A stretch of 64,000 nt of DNA from Methylophilus sp. GTDB taxonomy: Bacteria; Pseudomonadota; Gammaproteobacteria; Burkholderiales; Methylophilaceae. The notes below the pieces were generated by a model. It had not been told where the DNA came from and searched no databases. It saw nothing but the letters and a program-made list of their open reading frames with translations. Positions 61,547 to 64,000 of this stretch are shown piece after piece. The DNA is taken from NCBI GenBank assembly GCA_044222155.1, contig JBGANT010000004.1:22874-86873 (forward strand), read 5' to 3'. Position 1 is the stretch's first letter, and each line of letters begins with the position of its first letter. The position numbers were made by a program, and so were the translations under genes.

Positions 61547-64000
61547 ATGATGTCCGCACTCGTTAGATTTTCGATACGTTTCTATGGTGTCATTATTGGT
61601 TTGGCAATGCTTGTTGTCGTATATGGCATTTACAGCCTGACCCGTAGCAATCTGGATGTATTTCCAGAGTTTTCACCCACCCAGATCATCATCCAAACCG
61701 AGTCGCCAGGACTATCTTCCGATCTGGTCGAAACTTTGGTAACACAACCAATAGAAACCGCGATCGCTGGTAGCGTAGGCATAGACAGCATGCGCTCGCA
61801 ATCTATCCCAGGACTATCAGTCGTCACCGTGATTTTTGACGAAGAAAGCGACATCTATCGCAACCGACAAATCGTGGCTGAACGATTAAGCACTCTCTCC
61901 AACCGACTACCAAGTGGTATCACTCCCAACATTACCCCCCTCACATCCAGCGCCAGTACCGTGCTTGGTTTTGGTGTCACCAGCAAAAAGCGCAACTTGA
62001 TGGAGTTGCGCACAATCGTAGATTGGACCATTACACCGCACCTGTTAGCGATCCCCGGAGTGGCGGATGTCAATGTATTTGGCGGAGAAGTGCGGCAATT
62101 CCAGGTGCAAATTGACCCCGATAAACTGCTGCGCTTTCAATTGAATATCAATGACGTGGTAACGGCGGCACGAAACGCTACGGGTGTTACAGGAGCGGGC
62201 TATATCGAAAATGCCAACCAGCGCATCATCCTGAATATCCAGGGACAAGCAAATACCCCCGATGCGCTGGCAAAAGCTACGTTAGTTCACAAAAATAGCC
62301 ATACTATCCGACTAGGCGACATTGGCCAGGTTGTGGAAGCTGCCGCACCGTCCATCAGCGCGGCTGCCATTAACCAGGAAGAAGGCATTTATTTATCTGT
62401 CCAGGGACAACTCGGCGCCAATACCCATGCGGTGACCCAAGCGATCGAGGCAGCACTGCAAGAGTTGAAACCTCAACTTGAGAGCGAACAAGTCACTCTG
62501 CATGAAGGGCTGTTCCGTCCTGCAAACTTTATCGAAACAGCGATCAAAGGCGTACAAAAAGACATCCTGATCGGCTCAATTCTGGTTATCACCATCCTGT
62601 TCCTGTTTTTGTTCAATGGACGTACCGCATTTATTTCAGCTACCGCCATACCGCTCTCACTGCTGACCGCCATTGTTGTGCTGGGTTACTTCGATATGGG
62701 CCTGAATATTATGGTATTGGGCGGTTTGGCAATTGCACTGGGGGAAGTAGTAGATGATGCCATCATTGACACCGAAAACATTTTTAGACGCTTGCGGGAA
62801 AACCGCCTGCTTCCAACCTCCTTGCCCGTTTCGCAAGTCGTGTTTAACGCTTCAATGGAGGTTAGAAGCTCAGTCGTTTATGCCACCATCATTGTCGCGC
62901 TTGTGTTCCTGCCATTACTTACTTTAAGCGGCGTGGCAGGCAAGCTGTTTGCACCGCTAGGTTTAGCCTACATCGCTGCAATTATGGCATCACTTGTGGT
63001 GGCGCTCACTCTGACACCCGCGTTGTGTTACCTGCTACTTGGCAAAACGAACCTTGTGGCGGAAGACCCGCCTGTCATCAAGTCCATCAAGCGTCGCTAT
63101 GTACTGCTTTTACAATGGATTGAACAACATTATAAAACCGTCATCGCAACTAGCTTTGTGCTGATAGGCCTGGGGCTGGGGATTTTGCCACTATTTAAAA
63201 GCCAATTCATCCCTGCCCTGCACGAAGGGCACTTCATTATGCACATGACCGCTGTGCCGGGCACTTCAGAAAAAGAATCGCTGCGCCTTGGCAAACATGT
63301 CGCCAATGTCATCTCCAAAATCAAAGGAGTGAAATCCGTCACACAATGGGTTGGCCGTGCGCCCAACGGCGCTGACACTTTCGGCACCCATTACAGCGAA
63401 TTCGAAATAGAAATCGGAACATTATCGGGAGAAGAACAAAATCGTATCCTCGAAGACATACGTGAAGAACTAGCCGGGGAAATTGAGGATAGGGACAAAG
63501 ATGGCGTAGCAGAACTCGGGTTTGTGGGCGTCAATTTTGCTATCAATACTTTTTTGACCGAACGCATTGAAGAAACCATTTCTGGTTATGCCGCCAGTAC
63601 TGTCATCAACATCTACGGCCATAACCTGGATGCAATGGACCGTGATGCCCAAAAAATTGCCTCGCTGGTATCTGGCATTCAAGGTGCTCAGGATGTGCTT
63701 TTGCAGTCCCCCCCGGGCACACCGGAAGTTACCATACGCCTGCGCCCAGACAAACTAGCTGTCTGGGGCTTGCAGCCCGTTGAGGTACTGAATACCATCC
63801 GCGCCGCTCATGAAGGTGTACCTGTCGCGCAAATCTATATGGGCAGCCATGTGGTTGGATTGAGCGTAGTATTGAATGAAGAAGCACGTGACGATATTGG
63901 TGACATTGGGAATATTCCGCTATTCAATGGCGAAGGACGCCTGCTGCACCTCAAAGACATTGCTTTTATCAATCAGGAAAACGGCCGTTCCAAGATATTG
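61547..64000 (+). CDS. CusA/CzcA-family heavy-metal RND permease; 3' end lies outside the window
   Basis: Hand translation gives MMSALVRFSIR, LDVFPEF, QTESPG and GGLAIALGEVVDDAIIDTEN in one frame. It is absent from the ORF track, consistent with no stop inside the window. Confidence 0.93.
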   Translation, partial: MMSALVRFSIRFYGVIIGLAMLVVVYGIYSLTRSNLDVFPEFSPTQIIIQTESPGLSSDLVETLVTQPIETAIAGSVGIDSMRSQSIPGLSVVTVIFDEESDIYRNRQIVAERLSTLSNRLPSGITPNITPLTSSASTVLGFGVTSKKRNLMELRTIVDWTITPHLLAIPGVADVNVFGGEVRQFQVQIDPDKLLRFQLNINDVVTAARNATGVTGAGYIENANQRIILNIQGQANTPDALAKATLVHKNSHTIRLGDIGQVVEAAAPSISAAAINQEEGIYLSVQGQLGANTHAVTQAIEAALQELKPQLESEQVTLHEGLFRPANFIETAIKGVQKDILIGSILVITILFLFLFNGRTAFISATAIPLSLLTAIVVLGYFDMGLNIMVLGGLAIALGEVVDDAIIDTENIFRRLRENRLLPTSLPVSQVVFNASMEVRSSVVYATIIVALVFLPLLTLSGVAGKLFAPLGLAYIAAIMASLVVALTLTPALCYLLLGKTNLVAEDPPVIKSIKRRYVLLLQWIEQHYKTVIATSFVLIGLGLGILPLFKSQFIPALHEGHFIMHMTAVPGTSEKESLRLGKHVANVISKIKGVKSVTQWVGRAPNGADTFGTHYSEFEIEIGTLSGEEQNRILEDIREELAGEIEDRDKDGVAELGFVGVNFAINTFLTERIEETISGYAASTVINIYGHNLDAMDRDAQKIASLVSGIQGAQDVLLQSPPGTPEVTIRLRPDKLAVWGLQPVEVLNTIRAAHEGVPVAQIYMGSHVVGLSVVLNEEARDDIGDIGNIPLFNGEGRLLHLKDIAFINQENGRSKIL

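Noticed and set aside
1-64000. Many long alternative-frame or antisense ORFs (e.g. 2437-3039, 26324-27043, 44407-45225, 48177-49076, 55020-55658, 56001-56735)
   Set aside because: They lie over well-supported genes, carry no recognisable motifs and are the expected shadows of codon bias.

Overview
A mostly core chromosomal region of a betaproteobacterium. Gene order and protein style suggest Methylophilaceae, which is an inference and not a database result. It carries, in order: the end of a hybrid histidine kinase; a tsaE-amidase-DGC-mutL-peroxiredoxin-miaA operon; queG; a glycogen cluster (ROK kinase, malQ, GH57, glgC, glgB, pgi, with glgA further on); sppA-rluC; rne; crcB; orn; an M48-cytochrome c-rsgA-HDAC-HD-GYP-EAL run; queD; rfbBACD; dnaQ/rnhA/gloB/mltD; a peptide ABC transporter with no ATPase; fabI; ppiD; tRNA-Asp/Val/Leu; hupB-lon-clpX-clpP-tig; and a CzcCBA-like RND efflux operon cut by the window end. 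The only clear accessory DNA is a ~2.1 kb remnant island at the tRNA-Asp 3' end (14-bp att duplication). It holds a truncated Rhs core with an unrecognised Cys/His-rich toxin tip, a Sel1-repeat candidate immunity gene and three kinds of short repeat. The strongest unexplained signals are a dispersed palindromic element with an invariant 29-bp core (4 intergenic copies), the Rhs tip with its flanking repeats, a DxDxDG loop in the RND pump, a degenerate HD-GYP protein and a probably leaderless queD. No CRISPR array, rRNA or intact integrase/transposase was seen.
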